This document shows, one piece after another, positions 1 to 10,610 of a stretch of DNA of 64,000 nt. Position 1 is the first letter of the stretch, and each line of letters opens with the position of its first letter. Origin of the DNA: Minisyncoccota bacterium (GTDB taxonomy: Bacteria; Patescibacteriota; Minisyncoccia; UBA6257; 2-01-FULL-56-20); contig JANWIW010000027.1 of NCBI GenBank assembly GCA_025449695.1, positions 283 to 64,282 on the forward strand. The letters are read 5' to 3'. The notes beneath the pieces were generated by a model. That model saw nothing but the letters and a program-made list of their open reading frames with translations, had not been told where the DNA came from and did no database searches. A program made the translations under genes and the position numbers.

Positions 1-1131
1 TGGGCCTTTCATCTCGCGGACGAGTTGGCGCGCCACGGATACCTGGAACGCCTCATCACCTCTTATCCGAAGTTCGTACCGGTCAAGATGGGCGTGCCGC
101 GGGAGAAGATACGTTCGATCCTCATAAAAGAACTTCTGGAACGGGGCTGGCGGAAGATGCCGATGTTTCTCCAGAATCGCTTCGACCCTAAGGCTCCCAT
201 CACCGAACTCTACGACGCGCTGGCCCTGCGCAAGCTCGTTCCGTGCGATGTCCTGGACGGGTTCTCGAGCTTCTCTCTCCGCACCATGCGCGAGGCCAAG
301 CGCCGGTATGGCGCGGTGACGGTCATCGATCATGGCAGCGCGCACATACAGGCCCAGGAGTCGCTCATGGAGGAGGAATTTGCGCGCTGGAGCATGCCCC
401 GCATCCCATTCGAGCTGGCCAATAAGCGCATCGTCGAGAAGGAGCTCAAGGAATACGCGGAGGCGGACGCGATCGCGGTCCCGTCGCTTTTCTCGAAACG
501 GACGTTCCTCGAGCACGGCATCCCCGAATCGAAGCTGATCCATGTGCCGTATGGGGTGAACGCCGATCTCTTCCGGCCCGCGCCGAAGGAGGACAATGTG
601 TTCAGGGTGGTGTTCCGTGCCAACGTGACCCTGCGGAAGGGGATATTGTATCTTCTCCGGGCCTTCGCCGAGCTGAAGCTCAGGAATGCGGAGCTTCTCG
701 TGATCGGCGACATCGCTCCCTACATGCATCGGTTGCTGAAGCCTTATGCGGGCACCTTCATCCATGTCGGCCATCAATCCATGGAGGATCTCGCGAAGTC
801 CTACGTGCGCGGCTCGGTCTTCGTCCTGCCGACGGTCGAGGACGGCTTCGCTATGGTCCTGGTCCAGGCCATGGCGGCGGGACTGCCGGTCATCGCCACC
901 GTGAACAGCGGCGGGCCCGACCTCATCGAGGAGGGCAAACAGGGCTTCCTCGTACCCATCCGGGATGTGGACGCGCTGAAGGAAAAACTGCTCTACCTCT
1001 ACGAGCATCCCGAAGAACGCGCGGAGATGGGACGGGCGGCCGCGGCGCGGGTCGCGCAGGGGTTCACCTGGCACGATTATGGCGACGGGGTGATCGCCGC
1101 GTACGAGCGGCTGCTTGCCGCGCGCCACTAA
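1..1131 (+). CDS. glycosyltransferase family 4 (GT-B fold), 5'-truncated at window edge
   Basis: Frame is open from nt 1 with no upstream stop (track start 25 is TTG). C-terminal GT4 donor-binding motif EDGFAMVLVQAMAAGLPVIATVNSGGPDLIEEGKQGFLV. Confidence 0.8.
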   Translation, partial: WAFHLADELARHGYLERLITSYPKFVPVKMGVPREKIRSILIKELLERGWRKMPMFLQNRFDPKAPITELYDALALRKLVPCDVLDGFSSFSLRTMREAKRRYGAVTVIDHGSAHIQAQESLMEEEFARWSMPRIPFELANKRIVEKELKEYAEADAIAVPSLFSKRTFLEHGIPESKLIHVPYGVNADLFRPAPKEDNVFRVVFRANVTLRKGILYLLRAFAELKLRNAELLVIGDIAPYMHRLLKPYAGTFIHVGHQSMEDLAKSYVRGSVFVLPTVEDGFAMVLVQAMAAGLPVIATVNSGGPDLIEEGKQGFLVPIRDVDALKEKLLYLYEHPEERAEMGRAAAARVAQGFTWHDYGDGVIAAYERLLAARH

Positions 1132-1180
1132 GGTCCGGACTTCTTTACGGATGCCGCACGCGCCTCTACAATGACCCTCA

Positions 1181-1894
1181 ATGAAGGCCATTATCCAGGC
1201 TGGCGGCATGGGCACGCGCCTCAGGCCCGTCACCTACGAGATCCCGAAGCCCCTCCTGCCCGTCCACAAGCAGCCCATCATCAATCACCTGATCGAACTG
1301 TTCCTGAAGCACGGGATCAGGGAGGTAGCGCTCATTATTTCCACGCCTCACCGTGAGGATTTCGCCCGCTGGCAGAAGACCTGGGACGACGTGATTCCCA
1401 TGGACAAGGTGCACATCGTCTACGAGGAGAAGCCCCGGGGCACTTTCGGCGGCGTGGTGGACCTGAGGGACTGGCTTGGCGCGGAGGATTTCATCATGTC
1501 GCATGGCGATGAGCTGAAGGACTTTGATCTCACCGCCCTGGTGGAGTTCCACAAGAAGCAGGGAGCGGTGGGAACCATCGCTACAGTCCCGGTACCGGAT
1601 GCGCGTCCTTACGGCGTGCCGATGGTGGAGGGCGATGCCTCAGCCGGCTGGGTGACCGAGTTCCGGGAGAAACCGGAGAACCCTCCCTCGAACTTCGTGA
1701 ATTCGGGACTCTACGTCTTCTCTCCGAAGGTGTTCGAATACGTGGACCCGGCCCAGGAATCAATCATGACCGAATACCATGTCTTTCCCGAGCTGGCCAA
1801 AGCCAACAAGGTGGCGGCGATGCGGATGGAGAACGGGCGCTGGTACGATTGCGGCACGCTGGAGCGATGGGAGAAGGCGATGAACGAGTGGTGA
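1181..1894 (+). CDS. sugar-1-phosphate nucleotidyltransferase (thymidylyl/guanylyltransferase-like)
   Basis: N-terminal NTP-transferase signature MKAIIQAGGMGTRLRPVTYEIPKPLLPV. Lies inside the glycan cluster. Confidence 0.8.
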   Translation: MKAIIQAGGMGTRLRPVTYEIPKPLLPVHKQPIINHLIELFLKHGIREVALIISTPHREDFARWQKTWDDVIPMDKVHIVYEEKPRGTFGGVVDLRDWLGAEDFIMSHGDELKDFDLTALVEFHKKQGAVGTIATVPVPDARPYGVPMVEGDASAGWVTEFREKPENPPSNFVNSGLYVFSPKVFEYVDPAQESIMTEYHVFPELAKANKVAAMRMENGRWYDCGTLERWEKAMNEW

Positions 1895-1948
1895 GCTGGT
1901 TTTACGCGTTGTCACCGGCGCCTGGCTTTGGGATAATGAAGCCGTTCC

Positions 1949-3226
1949 ATGACGAAGCTATGGCGGCGGCTCGCCGCATATGACTGGTTCGCGCTCGGTC
2001 CCGCGGTACTCGCCTTCTACGCCGCGGATTTCTTTTTAGTACCCGTCCTCGCGCTCCTTGGCGTAAGAATCGGCTTCGCTCTTGAGGGATATGAGTTTTC
2101 CCTGCGTCCTCTTCTCATAGCCCTCCTTGGCGGGGCCGCCCTGGCTGCCGGCTATTGGCTTCTTCCGTTCCGCACCTTCGCCGCGCGCCTCCCGAATCCC
2201 TGGCGCGGGCCGTGGCACAAGGGCCGGGCCAAGTTCGTTTTCCTTGCCATCTTCGGCACGGGACTCGCGGTCAAGGTCATCAAGGTCCTGGCCGGGGGAT
2301 TCTCCCTTGTCCTGCCGAGCCCCTCCTTCATCGCTCATCCTTTCTACAGCACAGTGGGATTCCTGGACCAGGTGAACATCTTCGCGATCGCACTGGCCGC
2401 CGCCTTCGCGCTCCGCCCGCCCGCGGACGATCCCAAGGAGGCCAGGTTCTGGAGGATCGCCTCCCAGGTCGCGATCCTCACCGAGGTGGCATACAACTTC
2501 CCGACCTGCACCCGGACCGCCGTCGTAATACCCCTCCTCGTATGGATCATCGCGGAGTGGTATCTCGGCAAGCGCTCCTACAAGCCCATACTCGCCTTCG
2601 CCGTGGCGATGTGGTTCATCTTCAGCTGGGGCAGCGTGTGCCGTAATCCCCTAGGACTCAGGTCGTACAAGGTGCTGGACAGTTCCCTCGAGGTGCATGT
2701 GGAACATCTGCCGACCTTCGTGACTGATAATGTAGTGGGCCGTTTCAACCAGATGCGCGTCCTCGATCCCATCAGCCGGGACGTGGTCCCGCGCCGCGGT
2801 TTCGCATTCTTGGAGAACGTGCTGGTAAGTATGGGGCCGCCGCGCTTCCTCTGGCATTCCAAGCCGGCAATCAACGCGGATGGCCACGTGCTCGGGGTGA
2901 GGCTCGGTGCGCTCGCGCCTTCGGACACCGTTACTACCATTGGCGCGACCTGGGTCGGCGACTGGTACCTGGCGTTCGGCATATGGAGCGTAGTGATCGG
3001 CATGTTTCTGACCGGCGGCGTGCTGCGGCTTACTTACGAATATTTCATCTCGGCCACGCTCCGCGCCGCGACGGCGGTGGGCGCCTACGCCGCGCTATGG
3101 GTTTTCGTCCTCAGGAGCGTCGAGACGAGCCTCGCTCCCGCAATCGCCGGCAACCTCAAGCTTTTCATCGCGATGTTTCTCATCGCCCTTTTCGCGCGGG
3201 AGTGGCGCAGGACCCCGAAAGCCTGA
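1949..3226 (+). CDS. polytopic membrane protein, possible Wzy-like repeat-unit polymerase
   Basis: About 10 hydrophobic helices in 425 aa; glycan-cluster context; no diagnostic motif recognised. Confidence 0.4.
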   Translation: MTKLWRRLAAYDWFALGPAVLAFYAADFFLVPVLALLGVRIGFALEGYEFSLRPLLIALLGGAALAAGYWLLPFRTFAARLPNPWRGPWHKGRAKFVFLAIFGTGLAVKVIKVLAGGFSLVLPSPSFIAHPFYSTVGFLDQVNIFAIALAAAFALRPPADDPKEARFWRIASQVAILTEVAYNFPTCTRTAVVIPLLVWIIAEWYLGKRSYKPILAFAVAMWFIFSWGSVCRNPLGLRSYKVLDSSLEVHVEHLPTFVTDNVVGRFNQMRVLDPISRDVVPRRGFAFLENVLVSMGPPRFLWHSKPAINADGHVLGVRLGALAPSDTVTTIGATWVGDWYLAFGIWSVVIGMFLTGGVLRLTYEYFISATLRAATAVGAYAALWVFVLRSVETSLAPAIAGNLKLFIAMFLIALFAREWRRTPKA

Positions 3227-3380
3227 TTTGCGGGCGCGGCAGGAACTGCCATAATAACCGTCACGTGTCCCGTTTGAGACACCCTTACCATGCCCAGATT
3301 CTTTAATACAAAACTACCTGCTGGTGCGTCAGGTATGCCGGCAATTCACGGAAACGCTTGCGTTTCCGGTCTCTAACGGG

Positions 3381-4583
3381 ATGCGCATCCTGCACGTTTC
3401 GCCGACCTATCCTCCGGCGTACTACGGGGGAGCGATTGCGAGTGCTCATGCCGTGAACAAGTATCTGGTCCGTGCCGGGGCGGAGGTGGTCGTGTATACG
3501 ACCGCGGTGAACGGCGGCGCGGACCTGGACGTGCCGCTCGGCACGCCCCTCGACGTGGAAGGCGTGCAGGTGACGTATTTCAAGCCGGACTCTCCGCGGG
3601 CCTGGTTTTATTCCGGAGGTCTCCGCCGCGCGCTCTCCGCCGCCGCGCCCGGCTTCGATGCCCTCCACGAGACCTCCGTTTTTCTTTCCACGTCCTGGCT
3701 CACCGCGCGGGCGGCTGCGCGGAACCGCAAGCCTTACCTTATCTCCCCGCGAGGCGCTCTCATGCGCGCGCCGCTCCGGAGCAAGCAACTGAAGAAGGCG
3801 CTTTATATCGCCGCCATCGAGAAAAGAAATCTCAGGAACGCCACTGCCATCCATTTCACCGCCGCCATCGAGAAGGAGGAATACGATACGCTCGGGCTGC
3901 CCCGCCAGGGCAGCGTGCTCATCCCGAACGGGCTGGACACGGAGACGCTCGCGCCGGGCGACGGCACCGCCTTCCGGAAGCGGTTCGGCATCCGGCCGGA
4001 GCAAAAGGTAGTCTTGTTTCTCGGCCGTATCAGTTGGAAAAAGGGATTGGACACGCTCCTCGAGTCCTTCGGCGGGCTGGCGCGCGAGCTTCCGGATGCC
4101 GTGCTTGTGATCGCGGGCGGGGACGACGAAGGCTACATGCCCACGGTGCAAAAGCTGATCGCCGGGCAGGACATCTCCTCCCGGGTCGTCATGACCGGCA
4201 CCCTCCAGGGAGAGGACAGGTCGAATGCGTATGCCGCCGCGGATGTGTTCATCCTCGCTTCCTATGCCGAGAACTTCGGCAACTCCGTGGCGGAGGCCAT
4301 GCACTTCGGCGTGCCTGTGGTGATCACGGACGCGGTCGGCCTCGCGCCGCAGGTGCGTGCCGCGGAGGCGGGCTTCGTGACCCGCAAGGATCCGCTGGAG
4401 GTGAAGTTTGCGCTGTTCAAGCTCCTGCAGTCGCCGGCACTCCGCCGCGCGATGGGCGAGCATGGCCGGAGGCTGGTCAAGGAGGATCTCTCCTACACCG
4501 CCGTTGCCGGCAGGTTCCTGGAGGCATACACTCAATGCATTGCCGCGTACCGCACCGGCAGGACGCGCGCCATAGATCTATGA
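3381..4583 (+). CDS. glycosyltransferase family 4
   Basis: ATG at 3381 gives the GT4-typical start MRILHVSPTYPP (track start 3324 is an upstream GTG). C-terminal motif EDRSNAYAAADVFILASYAENFGNSVAEAMHFGVPVV. Confidence 0.8.
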   Translation: MRILHVSPTYPPAYYGGAIASAHAVNKYLVRAGAEVVVYTTAVNGGADLDVPLGTPLDVEGVQVTYFKPDSPRAWFYSGGLRRALSAAAPGFDALHETSVFLSTSWLTARAAARNRKPYLISPRGALMRAPLRSKQLKKALYIAAIEKRNLRNATAIHFTAAIEKEEYDTLGLPRQGSVLIPNGLDTETLAPGDGTAFRKRFGIRPEQKVVLFLGRISWKKGLDTLLESFGGLARELPDAVLVIAGGDDEGYMPTVQKLIAGQDISSRVVMTGTLQGEDRSNAYAAADVFILASYAENFGNSVAEAMHFGVPVVITDAVGLAPQVRAAEAGFVTRKDPLEVKFALFKLLQSPALRRAMGEHGRRLVKEDLSYTAVAGRFLEAYTQCIAAYRTGRTRAIDL

Positions 4584-5500
4584 GGATACTCATCACCGGC
4601 GGAGCGGGGTTCATCGGCAGCCATGTCACGGATGCATACGCGGCCAAAGGGCATAAGGTGACCGTGGTCGACAACCTCTCGAGCGGCACGCGAAAGAACG
4701 TGCCGCGCGCGGCCGGATTTTACCGGGCGGACATCCGGGACATCGGAGCGATGCGCAAGATAATGGCCAAAGAGCGGCCGGAGGTGGTGAGCCACCATGC
4801 GGCCATCATGGAGGTGGTGAAATCGGTTCGCGACCCGTTGGCCACGTTCGACGTGAACGTGCGGGGCACGCTGAACCTGCTCATGGCCTTCGGGGAAGAG
4901 GTTAGGGTGAAGCGCAAGCGGTACATCTTCGCTTCCTCCGGCGGGGCCATCTACGGCGACCCGCCCCGGCCGCCCGCCTCCGAAGCCGCCTTGCTCCGGC
5001 CGCTTTCCCCCTACGGCCATTCCAAGAAGCTCGGCGAGGAACTGGTGGAGTTCCATGCCCGATATTTCGGTTTCGACTATGTGAACCTGCGCTACGGCAA
5101 CGTGTTCGGCCCCCGGCAGAGCCCCCATGGAGCGGCAGGGGTCATCGCCATTTTCGGAGACCTGGTGAAGCAGGGGAAGCGTCCGACCATCTTCGGTGAC
5201 GGGTCCAAGACCCGGGATTATATATTCGTAGATGACGCGGTCGCGGCCAACCTCGCCGCGCTCCGCAAAGGAGGAGACATGACCTTCAACATAGGTTCGG
5301 GCAAGGGTACGTCCGATCAGGAGGTGTTCGAGGCCATCGCCGCGCGATATGGATATAAAGGGAAGGTCCGCTACGCGGCGCGGCGGAAGGGCGAGGTAAC
5401 CCATATTGTCCTCGACACCCGGCGCGCGAGGCGGATCCTCGGTTGGAAGTCCCGCACATCCTTCCGGGAAGGCGTCCGGCGTACTATGGACGCTCTATAA
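4580..5500 (+). CDS. NAD-dependent epimerase/dehydratase (UDP-sugar 4-epimerase-like)
   Basis: ATG at 4580 overlaps the preceding stop (ATGA) and gives the Rossmann start [16 protein letters not shown]; catalytic YxxxK region SPYGHSKK. Track ORF 4034-5500 is an unsupported upstream extension across the GT4 gene. Confidence 0.8.
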   Translation: MRILITGGAGFIGSHVTDAYAAKGHKVTVVDNLSSGTRKNVPRAAGFYRADIRDIGAMRKIMAKERPEVVSHHAAIMEVVKSVRDPLATFDVNVRGTLNLLMAFGEEVRVKRKRYIFASSGGAIYGDPPRPPASEAALLRPLSPYGHSKKLGEELVEFHARYFGFDYVNLRYGNVFGPRQSPHGAAGVIAIFGDLVKQGKRPTIFGDGSKTRDYIFVDDAVAANLAALRKGGDMTFNIGSGKGTSDQEVFEAIAARYGYKGKVRYAARRKGEVTHIVLDTRRARRILGWKSRTSFREGVRRTMDAL

Positions 5501-5514
5501 TAAGGGACATTGTC

Positions 5515-6387
5515 ATGAAACCCCTTCCGCTAAGCGCTATTGTCCTCACTTACAATGAGGAAGCGAACATAGAAGAGTGCCTGCAGAGCCTCGCCGGCCG
5601 GGTGGACGAGATATTTGTCGTGGACAGCGGCTCGACTGATGGCACTCTCGCGATCGCCAGGCGCTACACGTCCCATATCGCGGAGCATCCCTTCAGGAAC
5701 TGGGCGGACCAGTTCAACTGGGCCGCGGATACGCTGCCATTGAAACATCAGTGGATCATGCGCCTCGATGCCGACGAGCGCATGACGCCGGATGCGTGGC
5801 GGGAGCTCGGGGATCTCTGGCCGAATCTCGGCGAGGATGCCTCCGGCATCGCCATAATGAAAGAGTTCTACTTTATGGGACGGGTCATGAGGCATGGCGG
5901 GCATTTTCTGCCCTGGATACGCCTCTGGCGGCGGGACCGGGCGCATTTCGAGGAGAGGCCCATGGACGAGCATTTGATCTTTTCCTCGGGGCGAGTGACG
6001 ACCCTGAAACACCCTTTCCGGGAGGAGGATCGCAAGGGCTTCCGGGCCTGGCTCACGAAGCACGTGACCTACGCCGAGCGCGAGGTCCAGGCACTGACCG
6101 GTCCCGGCGGCGACCTGGTCGCGCCCGATCTCAAAGGTTCCGCCGTCGCGCGCAAGAAGTGGCTCAAGCAGAACGTGTACCAAAAGCTGCCCCTCTTCGT
6201 CCGTCCCTTCCTCTATTTCTTCTACCGCTACGTGGTGCAAAGGGGCTTCCTCGACGGCAAGGAGGGCTTCATCTTCCACTTCTTCCAGGGGCTCTGGTAC
6301 CGCATGCTTGTGGACGTGAAGCTGTACGAGCTAAGGAAGAATCGACCCTTCGATAAAGCTCAGGGTAAAGAATCGACCCTTCGATAA
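5515..6387 (+). CDS. glycosyltransferase family 2
   Basis: LSAIVLTYNEEANIEECLQSL ... VVDSGSTDGTLAIA (GT2 N-terminal motifs). ATG 5515 follows the epimerase stop. The 3' end contains a 31-bp tandem duplication. Confidence 0.8.
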   Translation: MKPLPLSAIVLTYNEEANIEECLQSLAGRVDEIFVVDSGSTDGTLAIARRYTSHIAEHPFRNWADQFNWAADTLPLKHQWIMRLDADERMTPDAWRELGDLWPNLGEDASGIAIMKEFYFMGRVMRHGGHFLPWIRLWRRDRAHFEERPMDEHLIFSSGRVTTLKHPFREEDRKGFRAWLTKHVTYAEREVQALTGPGGDLVAPDLKGSAVARKKWLKQNVYQKLPLFVRPFLYFFYRYVVQRGFLDGKEGFIFHFFQGLWYRMLVDVKLYELRKNRPFDKAQGKESTLR

Positions 6388-6408
6388 AGCTCAGGGTAAA
6401 GAATCGAG
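6338..6408 (+). repeat. 31-bp tandem duplication, 2.3 copies (AGAATCGACCCTTCGATAAAGCTCAGGGTAA)
   Basis: Exact copies at 6338-6368 and 6369-6399, partial third to 6408; shifts the frame at the GT2 C-terminus. Confidence 0.9.
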
Positions 6409-6498
6409 AATGAACGCGGGAGCTTTGCCGCGTGCCTTAGTTAACTGCGTAAAATGACGAGCGCCGAGCTAAGCTCGGCGTCGCATGTCTTCTCGCGC

Positions 6499-6840
6499 TC
6501 ACGGCGTGAGCAGTACGTTCTGGTGGGTAGAAGTGTACCAGGTCACGCTGGTGCCTTCATTGCCCGATGGTTGGAATTCGAAGCAGATGAACCCTTCGGG
6601 ATCCACGCCCACTTCGCAGGTGTGGCTGTGTGTGGGCAGATCTTCCGAGACTTCTTCGGCCTGGATGGTGCCCTGGGCCCACACTCCCTGACGGTCCGTG
6701 TCGAGGTGTGCCAGGTAGTTCCAATCCACCGAGCACGTGACCTCGAACTGCGCCGGATGCTTGTGCAGCAGGATCCTGCCGCTGGGGTACTGGTCGATCG
6801 TGATCGCGGTGACCGTGAACTGCCGCGTAGTAATGGTCAT
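6499..6840 (-). CDS. hypothetical protein, 113 aa
   Basis: High GC3 in the minus frame; the overlapping plus ORF 6454-6846 is Arg-rich and antisense-like. Contains HSHTCE, possibly metal-binding. No family recognised. Confidence 0.5.
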   Translation of the reverse strand: MTITTRQFTVTAITIDQYPSGRILLHKHPAQFEVTCSVDWNYLAHLDTDRQGVWAQGTIQAEEVSEDLPTHSHTCEVGVDPEGFICFEFQPSGNEGTSVTWYTSTHQNVLLTP

Positions 6841-6936
6841 CCTTGACTCCTCTCTGACGACATAGTGTAGTGGCTCGATTCCTGTCCGTCAACGGCAATT
6901 CCCATTTGGAAGTTTCGCGCTATACTACCAGCACTT

Positions 6937-8670
6937 ATGTTCATCCTGGGGCTGAACGCCTTCCACGGCGACTCTTCCGCCTGCATCGTGAAGGACGGGG
7001 AACTTTTGGCCGCCATCGAGGAGGAGCGCCTGCGCAGGGTAAAGCACTGGGCGGGATTGCCCGTCGAAGCGGTGAGGTTCTGCCTGGACCTCGCGGGCAT
7101 AACTCTGGACCAGGTGGATCGCATCGGCGTGTCGCGCGATCCCCGCGCGAACTTCTGGAAGAAGGTCGGTTTTGCGGTGACCCATGGCTTGAGCCCACGG
7201 GCGATGGCCGGCCGCGCGCGGAACCTCGGCAAAGTGAAAGGGGGAGTGGCGGAAGGTTTGGGCGCGGCGTTCGATATGTCGCCGGCCCTCCTTAGGAAAA
7301 AGATCGTGGGAGTGGAACATCACCGCGCGCACATCGCGAGCGCGTTCCTGGTGTCGCCGTTCGATGACGCCGCGGTGCTCTCGGTGGACGGGATGGGAGA
7401 CTTCGTGAGCACGATGTGGGGCGCGGGGCATGGGAACCGCATCCTTCCCGCCGCCACGGTGGAATATCCGCATTCGCTGGGATTCCTGTACACGGCACTC
7501 ACCCAGTATCTGGGATTCTGGAAGTATGGCGACGAGTACAAGGTGATGGGTCTCTCCGGTTTCGGCACGCCCCGGTTCCTGCCCGAGCTCCGCAAACTGA
7601 TCAGGCTCATGCCGGATGGCGGCTTCCAATTGAACCTGCGCTACTTTGCCCACCGCCGCGCGGTGGTCGGCATGTCCTGGGAAGGCGGCGAGCCGGTCAT
7701 CGGCCGCCTGTTCTCGGAAGAGCTGGAGCGTCTGCTCGGTCCCGCCCGCAGATATGAGGACCCTATTACCAGGGACCATGAGAATATCGCCGCATCGCTC
7801 CAGGCGCTCTACGAGGAGGTGTTCTTCCACATACTGGAAGACCTACACCGGCGGACCGGCTTAACCAAGCTCGCCTTCGCGGGCGGTTGCGCGCAGAACA
7901 GTCTCGCGAACGGCAGGATCTACGCGAATTCCGCGTTCCAAGAAGTGTACGTCCCGCCGGCGGGACATGACGCCGGTACGGCCATCGGCGCGGCTTTCTA
8001 TATCTGGAACCAGGTCCTCGGGAACCGGCGGGGTTTCGAGATGAGGAGTCCCTTCTGGGGCATGGAGTTCGGCGATGCGCAATGCAAGGCAGCGCTCGAC
8101 ACGGCGGGCCTCGCGCCGGAACATCTTGAGGACGACGAGCTCTTCCCGCGCGTCGCGAGGCTCGTCGCGGACGGGAACATCGTCGGTTGGTATCAGGGGC
8201 GCACGGAGTGGGGCCCCCGGGCGCTGGGCGACCGGAGTATCGTGGCCAATCCCGCTTTCCCGGAGATCAAGGAGCGCATGAACCTGAAGATCAAGAAGCG
8301 CGAGCCATTTCGTCCATTCGCGCCCTCCGTCCTTGAAGAGGCGGTGGGCGACTACTTCGAGTCGCACGGCCCCGTGCCGTTCATGGAGAAGGTATACGTT
8401 ATCCGTAAGGAGGTGCGCGATAAGATCCCCGCAGTGGTCCACGTGGACGGCACCGGCCGCCTGCAGACCGTGAGCCGGGATGTGAACCCGCGTTATCACC
8501 GCCTGATCGAAGCGGTCGGCAAGCTAACCGGCGTCCCTATGGTGTTGAACACCTCCTTCAACGAGAACGAGCCGATCGTGAACCGGCCGGAAGAGGCAAT
8601 AGACTGCTTCTTGCGCACCAAAATGGACGCGCTGGTGCTGGGAAACTACCTCGTTGAGCGAAAAACATAA
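6937..8670 (+). CDS. carbamoyltransferase, NodU/CmcH family
   Basis: MFILGLNAFHGDSSACIVKDGELLAAIEEERLRRVKH (Kae1/YgjD-like N-domain) plus a C-terminal carbamoyltransferase domain, 577 aa. Confidence 0.85.
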   Translation: MFILGLNAFHGDSSACIVKDGELLAAIEEERLRRVKHWAGLPVEAVRFCLDLAGITLDQVDRIGVSRDPRANFWKKVGFAVTHGLSPRAMAGRARNLGKVKGGVAEGLGAAFDMSPALLRKKIVGVEHHRAHIASAFLVSPFDDAAVLSVDGMGDFVSTMWGAGHGNRILPAATVEYPHSLGFLYTALTQYLGFWKYGDEYKVMGLSGFGTPRFLPELRKLIRLMPDGGFQLNLRYFAHRRAVVGMSWEGGEPVIGRLFSEELERLLGPARRYEDPITRDHENIAASLQALYEEVFFHILEDLHRRTGLTKLAFAGGCAQNSLANGRIYANSAFQEVYVPPAGHDAGTAIGAAFYIWNQVLGNRRGFEMRSPFWGMEFGDAQCKAALDTAGLAPEHLEDDELFPRVARLVADGNIVGWYQGRTEWGPRALGDRSIVANPAFPEIKERMNLKIKKREPFRPFAPSVLEEAVGDYFESHGPVPFMEKVYVIRKEVRDKIPAVVHVDGTGRLQTVSRDVNPRYHRLIEAVGKLTGVPMVLNTSFNENEPIVNRPEEAIDCFLRTKMDALVLGNYLVERKT

Positions 8671-8780
8671 TCGTGATATCTTTTTCTGTCGTCCTGAGGT
8701 ATTCCGAAGGACCTTCTGCCCCCGAAAAGAGAAGGTTCTTCGCCCGTCCGCTGGAGGGCTCAGAATGACAAACATTACAC

Positions 8781-9533
8781 ATGATCTCTTTACCCAAAGT
8801 AACCGTCATCACCGTGGTCCGGAACGGGCGCGAGTTCATTCGCGACTGCGTGGAGAGCGTTCTCGCGCAGGCCCATCCGGACATCGAGTACATCGTGAAG
8901 GACGCGGGCTCGACCGATGGCACGCTGGATATTCTCGCGGAATACGGAAACAGGCTAAAGGTCATATCCTCGCCGGACACCGGAATGTACGACGGCCTGA
9001 ACCAGGCGCTGGCCGCGGCGACGGGAAATATCGTCGCCACGCTGAACAGCGACGACATGTACACGACGCCGAAGGCGGTCGCCGGCATGGTCGCGAAGAT
9101 GGAAGAGAGCGGCGCGGACATGGGCTGGGGCGACCTGGTCATCGTGGATCGTGCCGACGTCTCCAGGGTGGTGCGCCGCTGGACCGCCGGGGCTTATATC
9201 CCGGGCAAGCTCCGCTGGGGGTGGCATCCGCCGCATCCCAGCACGTTCGTCCGCCGGAGCGCCTACGGGAAATACGGGGCCTTCCGTACGGACATGCGCA
9301 TCTCCGCAGATTACGAGCTCATGCTGCGCATGCTCGGCAGGCATCATATCGCTTCTTGTTACCTGCCCGAGACCCTGGTTACAATGAGGGCTGGCGGCGC
9401 CAGTAACCGGCCGCTCGCCGTTCTCTGGAAGTCGCGTGTGGAGGACGCACGGGCCTGGCGAGTGAACGGCATGGGTGGCGGATGGTTCACGGCGCTCGTT
9501 AAGCCATTCTCGAAATTACTCCAGCTGATATGA
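8781..9533 (+). CDS. glycosyltransferase family 2
   Basis: KVTVITVVRNGREFIRDCVESVLAQ ... VKDAGSTDGTLDIL. Confidence 0.8.
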   Translation: MISLPKVTVITVVRNGREFIRDCVESVLAQAHPDIEYIVKDAGSTDGTLDILAEYGNRLKVISSPDTGMYDGLNQALAAATGNIVATLNSDDMYTTPKAVAGMVAKMEESGADMGWGDLVIVDRADVSRVVRRWTAGAYIPGKLRWGWHPPHPSTFVRRSAYGKYGAFRTDMRISADYELMLRMLGRHHIASCYLPETLVTMRAGGASNRPLAVLWKSRVEDARAWRVNGMGGGWFTALVKPFSKLLQLI

Positions 9534-9534
9534 T

Positions 9535-10559
<1,025 letters not shown>

Positions 10560-10574
10560 TTTTAAAACGAGTCG

Positions 10575-10610
10575 AGGGCGCCTGCGAAAGGCGCCCTCTT
10601 TATTGTTTCT
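10575..10610. terminator. bidirectional rho-independent terminator
   Basis: GAGGGCGCC-TGCGAAA-GGCGCCCTC followed by TTTATTGTTTC. Confidence 0.75.

Noticed and set aside
3303-4535. 410-aa minus-strand ORF, and similar long reverse-strand ORFs (4532-5404, 5530-6279, 6925-7830, 19891-20616, 20860-21561, 21717-22235, 24272-25288, 25519-26082, 29995-30867, 37559-38191, 38249-39328, 39069-39857, 44628-45746, 45991-47295, 54745-56217, 57728-59113)
   Set aside because: Each overlaps a confidently identified gene on the other strand and has Arg/Ala/Gly-rich or L/D/A/E-rich low-complexity composition. These are the expected artefact of open reverse frames in about 60% GC DNA.
4034-4579. N-terminal 180-aa extension of the epimerase ORF in the six-frame track
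   Set aside because: It overlaps the GT4 gene in another frame and is Arg/Gly/His-rich. The Rossmann start [11 protein letters not shown] at 4580 with an ATGA overlap is the credible start.
6338-6408. 31-bp tandem repeat considered as a CRISPR array
   Set aside because: Only 2.3 contiguous copies with no spacers, and it lies inside a coding region. It is a tandem duplication, not CRISPR.
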